Shown here in pieces: positions 1 through 9,155 of a stretch of 64,000 nucleotides of DNA. Position 1 is the first letter of the stretch. Each line of letters opens with the position of its first letter. Both the position numbers and the translations under genes were made by a program. The stretch is taken from assembly GCA_034530615.2 (NCBI GenBank), contig JAVRCV020000071.1, forward strand, positions 1-64,000, read 5' to 3'. The notes under the pieces are model-generated. The model saw only the letters and a program-made list of their open reading frames with translations. It was not told the origin of the DNA and searched no databases. This stretch comes from Aulosira sp. ZfuVER01. GTDB taxonomy: Bacteria; Cyanobacteriota; Cyanobacteriia; Cyanobacteriales; Nostocaceae.

Positions 1-103
1 TGTAAAGGATTGTAAAGAACTTTTGCGTAAAGGTTACTTAACTTTTTGATAAGTTTAACTTATGACTTCATAAACAACAGAGGGCAAGGGAGACAAGGTG
101 AGA

Positions 104-172
104 CCAGCGCTGCGGGAGGGTTTCCCTCCGCAGGCGACTGGCGTTAGCGACGAAGGAGCGTCACCCGAAGGG
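104..172. repeat. Nostoc SDR-type structured mini-repeat cluster
   Basis: CCAGCGCTGCGGGAGGG-TTT-CCCTCCGCAGGCGACTGG hairpin followed by GAAGGAGCGTCACCCG, whose reverse complement recurs at about 12392-12407; related elements at 24418 and 59463. Confidence 0.6.
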
Positions 173-275
173 AGGATGAGGGAGCAGGCGAAGATAATGA
201 CTATTGACCCTTGCTCAATGCCCAATGCCCAATAACAACCTTCACCAGTTATCTTTAAAATTACGCCAACTTAAC

Positions 276-2990
276 TTATTGCCAATTTCCCACTAAAACG
301 TAAGGTGCCCAATAATAAGGATGAGGTGGTAAATTCTTCAACTCTTGAAAGGGTGGATTTAGCTTCAAAGATTCTAATAGCGATAGTTGTGCGTTCCTTA
401 AAGCATCTGCTTGTTTCCCCCCTGGCTTTTTCAGGTCTTGGTAAAATTGACCCATGAATTTGGCGGTAGAAGCATCTCCTACAGGCCAGAGTGTAGCAAG
501 AGTACTGCGTGCCCCTGAACGAACAGCCATTCCTGCCAAGCCTAAAACTGCGCGTTCATCGCCAGTAGCAGTTTCGCAGGCACTCAGCACTAGTAGCTCG
601 ACGGTTGTGCCTGGTTCTCTGAGTAAAGCACTCAACTCATTAATACTGATACTTTTACCATCGCCTGTAATAATAAAATTCTTCTGGGGATTAGAACTAA
701 ATAGCCCATGAGTGGCTAGGTGGACAACAGGAAAATTTGATTTCAACTGTTTTTGAATAGTTTTGACAGTAAACTCTTGATTGAGCAGCTTTTGGGAAGC
801 AGGAAAAGTTTTTTTAATTAGTTCTAATTCTTTTGGCACATTAACTAGTGCGGCAAAAAATTCTCCTTGCACGTTAATTTGTTCGCTCACTCCAGCAGCT
901 AAAACCTTGATTTGTTTTCTTTCCAATCGTTTTGGATCGAGCAGTTGTAGGCTGGGAACTAAAGCCACGCTATACTTTTCAATCAGATAATTTTTTCCAT
1001 TATAGAGTGCAGCTATTGGTACTCTCTGCAATCTGCCATTTAATACAAATACTAAATTTTTGATTTGGTTGCTATCTAGCTGGGCCTCAAAAGGTTTAAT
1101 TAGCCAGTTATAAACTTCTTGGAAAATTGGTAAAAGTGTCTGAAGATTTTCTTGTAATTCTTTAGGATTTGGGTTAGAAGTTGAGAGGATATTGCGTGCA
1201 GAGTTATTGATACTCAGGTTGTCTAAATTATCGTAAAGTCGGTCTAGAGTCTCATTAACTTCCTGTTCGCTGATAGGAATTTTGACTTCTTGCAAGGGTT
1301 TTCCCGGCACAGAAAGGATAACTTCTAAGCGATCTGGCAAAACAATCGGATAGATAACAGCTGCATTGGCATCAATATTATCAATTTGTACTGCAACATT
1401 TGTTGTTTCTGAGCAGGGGTCTTGAAAAAAGTTATCTAGTTCTGCTAATTGCAGAGATTCTACAATCTGACGGGCTAATTCTAAACGTTTTTGAGAATTT
1501 TTAGTTTCAGACTTTTCTTGTTTAATCCTACGATCTAACACTATTAAAGAATTTAATTCCTCATCACCCAGATTTGATTTCAATAGCAAATCTGCTAATT
1601 CTAAATAGACAGGTTTGACTTCTTGGAGAAAGTCAAACTGGACATCTTGATTGTTGGCATTTAAATCGCTACGTAAGGATTGCAGAGTATTAAAGGCGGC
1701 GGTATAAGCGGCGATCGCTCCTTTTGTATCTCCCTGCTTCCGCAATAAACTCCCTAGCTGTGATTGCCAAAGATAAGTAATTTCTCTAGCATCGCCATTG
1801 ATATTTTGTTCCTGAGCTAATATCAGAGCTTGCTGAGTCAGTTTAGTTGCCCGATCTAATTGCCCTTGTTTATCGTAGAGTTTGCCCAAGTATCCGAGAG
1901 CGTAGGTTTCGGCTCGTCTATCTTGTAAGGTACGTGCCTGTTGTAATGCATTCTCTAATATCGGTTCAACCTTGTTGATTTGTGCGCTTTGCATCAAAGA
2001 TTCAGCAAAGTTAATTTGAGCGTAAATTGCAGCATGGCTGGGAGTAAGATTTGCAAGATTAGATGTAATTTGACTTTGCAAAGTTTGTGTATCTTGGTTC
2101 AGTTGTAAATCTAACTGAGAGATAAAATCTTTTGCTCGTTGAATTAATTTAGATTCAGCAAATCTCGACCATGAAGCGATACGGCGTTGCGTCTGTTCGC
2201 GCCACCATTTTTGAGTTTCTAGTAATAGCTGAAAGTGATTAAGTTGTGCCTGAATTTTCGTAATTGCTGGCGCTGATGCTACTTTTGTTGCTTGGATATA
2301 GTAGTTAATAGCTTGTTGATATGGCGCTAGTGCATCAGAGAGAGATTTGCGATCGATAATTTCCGTCACTGTTTCATAGTCCCAGCGATCGCGGATTTGG
2401 TTTCCTAAGATGCGTTCGGTGTTAGCTAAACTCAGTATTACAGCACTTTTTGCTGGTGATTGGGCAATTGATGACAGACTTAATTGCAAGATTTGCTGAG
2501 ACTGTGGCAATAAACCCTGTCTGCGTAGGACATCACCGAGACTCTGCAAGCCAATCGCTTGAGTTAGGGAAAGGGAATCTCGTCGTTGTGCAAGGGTTTT
2601 GTAGACACGATCTATTTGGGTTGGGCTACAATCTGGGTTTTTGATTTCTAAAGCTTGAAGTAAAGTCTTGCAAGCTTTGGGATACAGCCCTAAATCTTGC
2701 AAAGCTTGGGATTTGTTAATCAGACTCTTAGTAGCCCCATCGCGATCGCCAATTTTTTGATAAGCCTCAGCTGCTGTTTGCCATAACTTGATGGCTGCTT
2801 CTAATTCTCCAGCATTGTAGCGTTGTTCACCTTCCCTTGCTATTTCTAGAGGACTTGCGATCGCATCTTTGACTTGTAAACTAGAAGAATTAGACCAAGC
2901 AGGAATACTGAGACTTGATAACAGTCCCAATAAGGCTGAAAGGATGAGGATTAATAGACGACGGTGCTGCTTAAAAATCATCTTTGCCAT
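276..2990 (-). CDS. TPR + CHAT (caspase/HetF-like) domain protease with N-terminal signal peptide
   Basis: 904 aa; hydrophobic N-terminus; TPR-like helices; ESLQLAELDNFF linker; CHAT dyad HLATHG and LVLSACETA; C-terminal HPYYWAPYVLVGNW. Confidence 0.93.
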   Translation of the reverse strand: MAKMIFKQHRRLLILILSALLGLLSSLSIPAWSNSSSLQVKDAIASPLEIAREGEQRYNAGELEAAIKLWQTAAEAYQKIGDRDGATKSLINKSQALQDLGLYPKACKTLLQALEIKNPDCSPTQIDRVYKTLAQRRDSLSLTQAIGLQSLGDVLRRQGLLPQSQQILQLSLSSIAQSPAKSAVILSLANTERILGNQIRDRWDYETVTEIIDRKSLSDALAPYQQAINYYIQATKVASAPAITKIQAQLNHFQLLLETQKWWREQTQRRIASWSRFAESKLIQRAKDFISQLDLQLNQDTQTLQSQITSNLANLTPSHAAIYAQINFAESLMQSAQINKVEPILENALQQARTLQDRRAETYALGYLGKLYDKQGQLDRATKLTQQALILAQEQNINGDAREITYLWQSQLGSLLRKQGDTKGAIAAYTAAFNTLQSLRSDLNANNQDVQFDFLQEVKPVYLELADLLLKSNLGDEELNSLIVLDRRIKQEKSETKNSQKRLELARQIVESLQLAELDNFFQDPCSETTNVAVQIDNIDANAAVIYPIVLPDRLEVILSVPGKPLQEVKIPISEQEVNETLDRLYDNLDNLSINNSARNILSTSNPNPKELQENLQTLLPIFQEVYNWLIKPFEAQLDSNQIKNLVFVLNGRLQRVPIAALYNGKNYLIEKYSVALVPSLQLLDPKRLERKQIKVLAAGVSEQINVQGEFFAALVNVPKELELIKKTFPASQKLLNQEFTVKTIQKQLKSNFPVVHLATHGLFSSNPQKNFIITGDGKSISINELSALLREPGTTVELLVLSACETATGDERAVLGLAGMAVRSGARSTLATLWPVGDASTAKFMGQFYQDLKKPGGKQADALRNAQLSLLESLKLNPPFQELKNLPPHPYYWAPYVLVGNWQ

Positions 2991-3006
2991 TTGTCTTTCT
3001 CATACT

Positions 3007-3072
3007 CCCTTGTCTTCGTTGTCCCCCTTGTCCCCCTTGTCTCCCCACACTCCCCACACTCCCCACACTCCC
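3007..3072. repeat. 9-mer tandem repeats (CCCCTTGTC)n and (TCCCCACAC)n
   Basis: Directly visible tandem units in the tpsB-CHAT spacer. Confidence 0.85.
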
Positions 3073-3104
3073 TTTTCCCCTTCTGCCTCCTGCCCCTACC
3101 GCCT

Positions 3105-4844
3105 TCAAAACGCCTTATACTCCAATTGAAAATACACGCCGTTTTCTTGCCATGTCCGCTTGCTCGTATCAATAGTAACTAAAGGAATTCCCCAATCGAG
3201 GCGGGCTGTGAATCTATCGCCCATCTGCCAAAGCAGCCCTAATCCTGTACCTGCGAGAGTATTGGGGTTGGGATTTTCTCTACCTGTGTTCCAGACCGTA
3301 CCAACATCAATAAATGGTGCGACTTGTAAAGTTCCTTGTACTTCTGGGAAGCGGGCGATTGGTAATCGCAATTCTGCGGAGGCAAAAATGCCATTATCAG
3401 TTAGCAAAGCATCTTGGCGATAACCCCGCACTGTGCCTTGGCCTCCTAAACTAAACTGTTCGATGGAAAGTAGAGAATCACTGGCTAATTGCATATTAGA
3501 ACGCAACAACAAGGTAGGAGCAATCGCTGTTTTTCCTTTTGTTTGACTGAGGAGGCGCAAATAAATTAGTTGTGCCCGCCAGAGAAAATATCGGCTATCT
3601 GGTTCGCTGTTATTAATCGTGGCGTTAAAGGCTCCAACCCCCAGATTAAACTCAGAACGCGCTGCTAAAACCTCTTGACGACTCCGCTGTAGCCATTCTT
3701 GCGCGAAACTCAATTCTGATATCCGCGTTTCTCCTTGATTATCAGCTCCAGGAAATAGTGGAAATTCCACTCCTTGAATGGAAGAAGTACTTTCGCGTCT
3801 AGCGGCGCTGAAACTTAGGGTGAGTTCTTGGCTTAATTCTGGGGTGGCTGTTTGCAGCACTGGCTGACGATAAGATAGTTCAAACTCACGAGAATCGACC
3901 TCGATATCCAAATCATTAAAAGGAGGTTCAATAATTCTGTTGTTGGTGATGCGATAGTTAAAGCCAATACTACCATTACGGGGATTTACTGGCAGAGTAT
4001 AGCCACCCTCAAAGCTATTGCTACCATCAGTATTTTTGTAAGCAATACTCAAGCGATCGCCTAGTCCTAGTAGGCTAGCTTCTGATACTGTAATCCCGCG
4101 CTCAAAACTACCGACACTGGGGTTGCGGTTATTATTAATACTGAGTTGAGTATTAAAAGTTTTTGCTCCCTTAACGGTGACAGTGAGGGAATTTACACCG
4201 GGTCTTGTGCCCGCAGTCAATTCCGCATCTAAGCTTTCAATTAAAGGATTGAGTTGTAGCAGTTGCAAAGCTTCTTGTAAGCGGTTGATATTCAGAGGTT
4301 TAGTAGTAGCGATCGCAATTCGACTGCGGACATAATTAGAATTTAACCGTCCTTTGATGACATTAACTTGAATATCTTCTAAACTGCCTTCTACTACTTG
4401 AATTTTGATGATACCGGAACGGAACTCTTGACTGGGAATATAGGCTCCAGAGGTAATGTAACCCTTTTGCACATACAGTTCAGTGATTTGATTGGCAGCT
4501 TTCAGGAGTTCAGCAAAGGTAATTGGTTTGCCTGTAAAATTGGCGATCGCATCTCTTAACTCCCTTTGGCTAAATGCAGTATTACCAACAAACTCAAATT
4601 TTTGCACAGTAATACTCCCTGGAATATCCAGGACTTCCTCCGGAGTTGGCGGTGCTGAAGGGGCTATCTCAATGGGTGCGTTTGTCGGTGGTAAGGGGTT
4701 AGGTGGAAGTTGTTCTGGAGGCTTTGGGGTGACAGGATTAGACTGGGCGTAAACAGAGTTGGCGTGAGACAGCAGAAATAAGAAAAAAAGATAAGGAGAT
4801 AAAACACTCAACCTAACAAACGATTTCAGGCTAAACTCTTGCAT
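3105..4844 (-). CDS. ShlB/FhaC/HecB family two-partner secretion outer-membrane transporter (TpsB)
   Basis: POTRA motif (ITELYVQKGYITSGAYIP), VRGY motif (GTVRGYRQD), C-terminal aromatic beta-strand; start uncertain (4844 or 4877). Confidence 0.93.
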   Translation of the reverse strand: MQEFSLKSFVRLSVLSPYLFFLFLLSHANSVYAQSNPVTPKPPEQLPPNPLPPTNAPIEIAPSAPPTPEEVLDIPGSITVQKFEFVGNTAFSQRELRDAIANFTGKPITFAELLKAANQITELYVQKGYITSGAYIPSQEFRSGIIKIQVVEGSLEDIQVNVIKGRLNSNYVRSRIAIATTKPLNINRLQEALQLLQLNPLIESLDAELTAGTRPGVNSLTVTVKGAKTFNTQLSINNNRNPSVGSFERGITVSEASLLGLGDRLSIAYKNTDGSNSFEGGYTLPVNPRNGSIGFNYRITNNRIIEPPFNDLDIEVDSREFELSYRQPVLQTATPELSQELTLSFSAARRESTSSIQGVEFPLFPGADNQGETRISELSFAQEWLQRSRQEVLAARSEFNLGVGAFNATINNSEPDSRYFLWRAQLIYLRLLSQTKGKTAIAPTLLLRSNMQLASDSLLSIEQFSLGGQGTVRGYRQDALLTDNGIFASAELRLPIARFPEVQGTLQVAPFIDVGTVWNTGRENPNPNTLAGTGLGLLWQMGDRFTARLDWGIPLVTIDTSKRTWQENGVYFQLEYKAF

Positions 4845-4890
4845 TCTCCTCTGCGACTCTGCGACTCTGCGTGACATAAAAAAATCTATT

Positions 4891-7800
4891 TCATTGACAA
4901 TTAGCTGAAGTTAACCCAGATCCATAAGGACTCGGAGTAGGCGCTTGGCTAGCGAGAACTACTACACCTTGGGCATTCACATACCAACCTCTTGCAGGTA
5001 ATGGCAATTGAGAGCTATTCTGCACCTCTGTAGCAGCACTTGCACCAGCAGGCTCAAAACTAATCAACGCACCACTACTTAACTGTTCGCTGGGTCGAGG
5101 TGGCAAACCGCCGCGCCCGGTAATAGTAAATTCGCTTTCATTTTCTCTTCTTGAAGCTCGACAAGCCTGGGCTACTACTTGTTCAGGTTTCGCTACCTCT
5201 TGCGGTAAATCGACAACTTCAAAGTTATTTCCCGCTTCTGGTGTAATAATGCTGATTTGTCCAGCAACTCCCAGTTGGGAACTAGCTGTAATTTGGCAAG
5301 TCGGACAGACAAAGAATCCTCTGGTGTTAATGCTGATATTTCCACCCATCCCCTGGAAAGCATCGGCAGTAATCTTACTATCTTCCAACAATGCCACGAA
5401 GTTGGCGGGACTAAAGCCAGTAATGTTGATATTGCCTCCGTTACCACTTCCACCAGCGGTAGCAGATATCTGGCTGTTATTGCGCATGAGTAAGGAACGT
5501 GTTTGCAGGGAAATATTACCACCTTCACCAGATGTAGTGGCAGCAGATATGCTGCCTTGATTATCTAGCAGGATGGAGTTAGCTACGACTTGTAGATTGC
5601 CTGCATTTCCAGGGCCTAAACTTTCTACGTCAATTCCTGCCCCATCCCGGACAATCAACTTGTCTGTAAATAGCTTGATGTCACCAGAAGCGCCAGTGGC
5701 TTGAAGTTCTGGTAAGTTAGCACGTCCAGCAGCAGCCGATAAACCACCTAGTGTCAAGTTCCCGATTGAGGTACCACTAAGTTCTATAGACTCGGAAGCG
5801 TTTACAGTTAAGGTTCCTCCTTCACCAGCACCTAAAGTAGCAGTTGATGCATCTGCCCCATCACGGAGAATGAGCTTCTTTGTCGAAATCGTCAAGTCTC
5901 CTGAGCGAGAGGGACTAAAACCTGTAGTACCTAAACCACTGGGAAACCTCGGATCGGGTAGAATCCCAGCTATTTCTACAGATTCGCTGGCATTAACGAT
6001 CACATTTCCCCCTGTCCCCCCAAAGGGGATAACGCCCGTTGGTAGAGAAGCTCCTGTATTACTGCCAATCACTCCATTCTCTACAAACAGTTTGCCTGTA
6101 TCAATTCTGATATCGCCGCCCTTTCCTGTACCGAAGGTAGTGTTAGTGTAGATGCCTGTTAAAAGTGCGGCGGTCGGTGGAGTTCTTTGTACTTGTACGG
6201 TATCGGTGGCTTTAATTTCCACATTTCCGCCCAGACCATTCCCTAAGGTAGCACTGACGATGGTGCCGCCATCTTGCAATCTCAACTGCTTAGTATCAAT
6301 TTTGATGTTACCTGCTGTGCCAGTACTGCCTATGACATTTCCTGTTTGAATGGCAGAACCACTCACTTCAACCAACTCGGAGGCACTGATATTAAGATTT
6401 CCGCCTATCCCCTGAGTAAATGTTGGATTAAATATTATTCCTCCGTTGCGCATAAGTAGAGAGGCAGTCTCAAGATTGAGGTTGCCTGAAGTACCTGCAC
6501 CGGCAGTACCAATAAAAATACCAGTTCCCCGGTCATTGGGGCTAAGTTTCCCAGACAGCGCACCTATTTGAAAAATCCGTTGCATTTCTTCAAATCCAGT
6601 TCCCGTTATTTCTACGGAATTGGCAGCACGGATATCAATATTTCCGCCGATACCATCACCTTTAGTTGCCGCAGTAATCCTACCTTGACTATTGAGCAAG
6701 ATAGAGTCAGCATTAACCCGCAGCGTTCCGGCGTTCCCCGTGCCATCATTCCTCACTGTAACTTCGGCACCATCTGAAACTGTCAATTTTCCAGTATTAA
6801 TTGTCACATCTCCAGAGTTTCCACTCGGTACAGCGGGCACTTCCAATAACTGTTGCAAGGTGGGATCGACGATGTTAGCTGAGGAAACAATCAGACTGGG
6901 ATTTAGGGAGCCTGGGACTGTTCCACTCACTTCTACAGCATCCTTGGCGTTGATGGTAACGCTACCAGCAGGGCCGCTTGCTAAGGTGGAAGCATCAACT
7001 CTACCACCATCTTTGACGACTAAACGCTCAGTATTAACGGTGACGCTGCCAGCCTTTCCCGGGCCACCAGTCCCAGCAGTGATTTGGCTAGGGGTGAAAA
7101 CAAATGGTGTGACGCCTATCAGTTCTACCAACTTTGAGGCATTCACAGTCACGTTGCTACCAGAACCAGTACCGTATTTACCACCAGTGACAGAGGCAAT
7201 ATTTCCTCCTGAAAGTGCCGTCAACTGCTGTGTTGATACTGTGAGAGTTCCTGCATCACCAGCCCCAAAAGTTGCCGCCGTGATATTACTAAAACGGCTG
7301 GGGTTAATTGGTGAAAATCCCAATACTTGCACGGAATCAGCCGCTTTAATATCGATATTGCCACCAGGCGCAGTAGTGTAAGTAGCCGCAGAGATGGCTG
7401 CTCCGTCTTGAAGTAGTAAACGGGGGGTGACAACGCTAATATCGCCACTCTTACCACCACCAAGAGTTTCGGTAAATAAGTTGCTGGAAATCTGTCCATC
7501 TGCTGTAGTGCCAATCAATGCCAAGGACTCAGAAGCGTTGACGTTAATCCCGCCTGCGGCTGGCGCTCCTTGGGTTTGAATTAACACAACTGAGCCATCG
7601 CGGATGGAAATATTACGCCCTTGCAACTGAATTGAGCCACCACCTGCACCACTGGTATCTGCTAATGCTTTTTGCGATAGGGCAATATCTTGAAAATTCG
7701 TCACTCCTTGATAACTTAAATTCCAGCCTTGGGGATTGGGGTTAAGGCTGACTAATCCTCCGGCTACGCTACCCAAATCCACACGTCCACCCTCGGCGGT

Positions 7801-8478
7801 GAGAGTACCACCTTCTGAGATAATTCCTCCTCCTACCAAGGCTAAGGTATTACCAGGTTGCACCTTCAGTCCGGTGGTGTTTCCTCTAGTAAAGGGTGAG
7901 AAGATTGGATTTTGCAAACTGATGTTATGTCCTTGATCTTGGACTCGAATTGCTTGGGGATTCTGTCCAAATTGCAAGCCAACTGGCACACTAATTGTTA
8001 GTTTTGGGGAAGCTGAAGTGTCCGTGGCGCTAAATTCTGCACCATCAGCAAATTTCAGGCTATTTGCTGTACTTGCCAAAAATGAGCCACCAATGTTGAG
8101 TTGGGCATTGGGGCCAAAGTTAATGCCGCTGGGATTAATGAGGATAAAATTAGCGCCGTAGTTTTCTCTGATTAAGCCATCAATATTGGAAATTGAACCA
8201 CCTGTAACTCGGCTGATGATGTTAGTAATATTATTGAAGTTTGTAGAGTTTTTGAAAAAAGCCTCGCCACCAGTGGGAACAGAAAATTCGCGAAAGCTAT
8301 GGAAGAGATTGCTACCGAATTGTGCCCCTCCAGTAATTTCAAAAATGTTGCCACTTTGACTAACATTGCTAGGAAGTGTGTTATCCGAAGATATTTGTGC
8401 TGAGGCAGAATAACTAGCAATTAGACAGCAGATAGAAGCGCTGCTAATCATTAAAATTGGGCGAGGGACTTGTTTCAT
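4891..8478 (-). CDS. Filamentous haemagglutinin-family exoprotein (TpsA)
   Basis: Signal peptide; TPS domain NLFHSFREFSV...NPSGINFG; Gly/Asn-rich beta-helix repeats; conserved cyanobacterial C-terminus FTITGRGGLPP...ARGW. Confidence 0.93.
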   Translation of the reverse strand: MKQVPRPILMISSASICCLIASYSASAQISSDNTLPSNVSQSGNIFEITGGAQFGSNLFHSFREFSVPTGGEAFFKNSTNFNNITNIISRVTGGSISNIDGLIRENYGANFILINPSGINFGPNAQLNIGGSFLASTANSLKFADGAEFSATDTSASPKLTISVPVGLQFGQNPQAIRVQDQGHNISLQNPIFSPFTRGNTTGLKVQPGNTLALVGGGIISEGGTLTAEGGRVDLGSVAGGLVSLNPNPQGWNLSYQGVTNFQDIALSQKALADTSGAGGGSIQLQGRNISIRDGSVVLIQTQGAPAAGGINVNASESLALIGTTADGQISSNLFTETLGGGKSGDISVVTPRLLLQDGAAISAATYTTAPGGNIDIKAADSVQVLGFSPINPSRFSNITAATFGAGDAGTLTVSTQQLTALSGGNIASVTGGKYGTGSGSNVTVNASKLVELIGVTPFVFTPSQITAGTGGPGKAGSVTVNTERLVVKDGGRVDASTLASGPAGSVTINAKDAVEVSGTVPGSLNPSLIVSSANIVDPTLQQLLEVPAVPSGNSGDVTINTGKLTVSDGAEVTVRNDGTGNAGTLRVNADSILLNSQGRITAATKGDGIGGNIDIRAANSVEITGTGFEEMQRIFQIGALSGKLSPNDRGTGIFIGTAGAGTSGNLNLETASLLMRNGGIIFNPTFTQGIGGNLNISASELVEVSGSAIQTGNVIGSTGTAGNIKIDTKQLRLQDGGTIVSATLGNGLGGNVEIKATDTVQVQRTPPTAALLTGIYTNTTFGTGKGGDIRIDTGKLFVENGVIGSNTGASLPTGVIPFGGTGGNVIVNASESVEIAGILPDPRFPSGLGTTGFSPSRSGDLTISTKKLILRDGADASTATLGAGEGGTLTVNASESIELSGTSIGNLTLGGLSAAAGRANLPELQATGASGDIKLFTDKLIVRDGAGIDVESLGPGNAGNLQVVANSILLDNQGSISAATTSGEGGNISLQTRSLLMRNNSQISATAGGSGNGGNINITGFSPANFVALLEDSKITADAFQGMGGNISINTRGFFVCPTCQITASSQLGVAGQISIITPEAGNNFEVVDLPQEVAKPEQVVAQACRASRRENESEFTITGRGGLPPRPSEQLSSGALISFEPAGASAATEVQNSSQLPLPARGWYVNAQGVVVLASQAPTPSPYGSGLTSANCQ

Positions 8479-8620
8479 TTTGCACAGGGAAAAATCTACC
8501 CCGATGGAAAATTACCTGAGGCTTTCTTTAGTGTAATTTAAGTAAATTCAACTAAAAAAAATAATAATATTGAGTCTATAATCAAGCCTAAATTTTGGTC
8601 AATCAAGGAAGTTAAGTAAT

Positions 8621-9142
8621 ATGAACAAATGGCAGTCTTGGGTAACTAAGGGAACGGCTCCAATATTGGCGTTGGGTGCTATAGCAGCGCTGTCCCAGCC
8701 CAGCACAGCTAGCAATGTGCAAGTCACCTGCAACACCAACGCTAGTATGCCAGCGGTGATTGTTACTTTAAGTAAAGAAGGTAAGCGCCAAGATTACACT
8801 ATATTGAAATTTCTGCCGCGATATTTCTCGGCGGCGGATGCTGTGCAAGACTGCCAGAATACAGCGCAAAGTTTGCAGGCTGTCTATGACACGGGTAATT
8901 CTAAGTATTTGACGACTGATAAGCTGAACAATCAACCTGTTGTCTGTGCTGTAGAACGCAGAGGTATCGGTTGTAATCATTACAGTGCCCAGGTTTTATT
9001 TAGGTTTAAGCCAACTGATAACCCATCTCAAGCTTTCTACGAAATGTTGGGTAAGGATTTTAAACAAGCACAACCAGCAGATGTTCGGACTATTAGCCGT
9101 ACTTACACGGATACTAAACCAACTTGGTGGCCATGGCCATAA
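8621..9142 (+). CDS. COP23 domain-containing secreted protein
   Basis: Signal peptide; four Cys with C..C..NNQPVVCA..C pattern typical of COP23 proteins; divergent from tpsA. Confidence 0.75.
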   Translation: MNKWQSWVTKGTAPILALGAIAALSQPSTASNVQVTCNTNASMPAVIVTLSKEGKRQDYTILKFLPRYFSAADAVQDCQNTAQSLQAVYDTGNSKYLTTDKLNNQPVVCAVERRGIGCNHYSAQVLFRFKPTDNPSQAFYEMLGKDFKQAQPADVRTISRTYTDTKPTWWPWP

Positions 9143-9155
9143 ATACTCGCAGAAT

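Noticed and set aside
2869..3182. Several overlapping short ORFs (PHSPHS, ECGECG, LPTLPT)
   Set aside because: Translations of 9-mer tandem repeats; not credible proteins
6692..7381. 229-aa plus-strand ORF
   Set aside because: Antisense shadow of the repetitive tpsA gene
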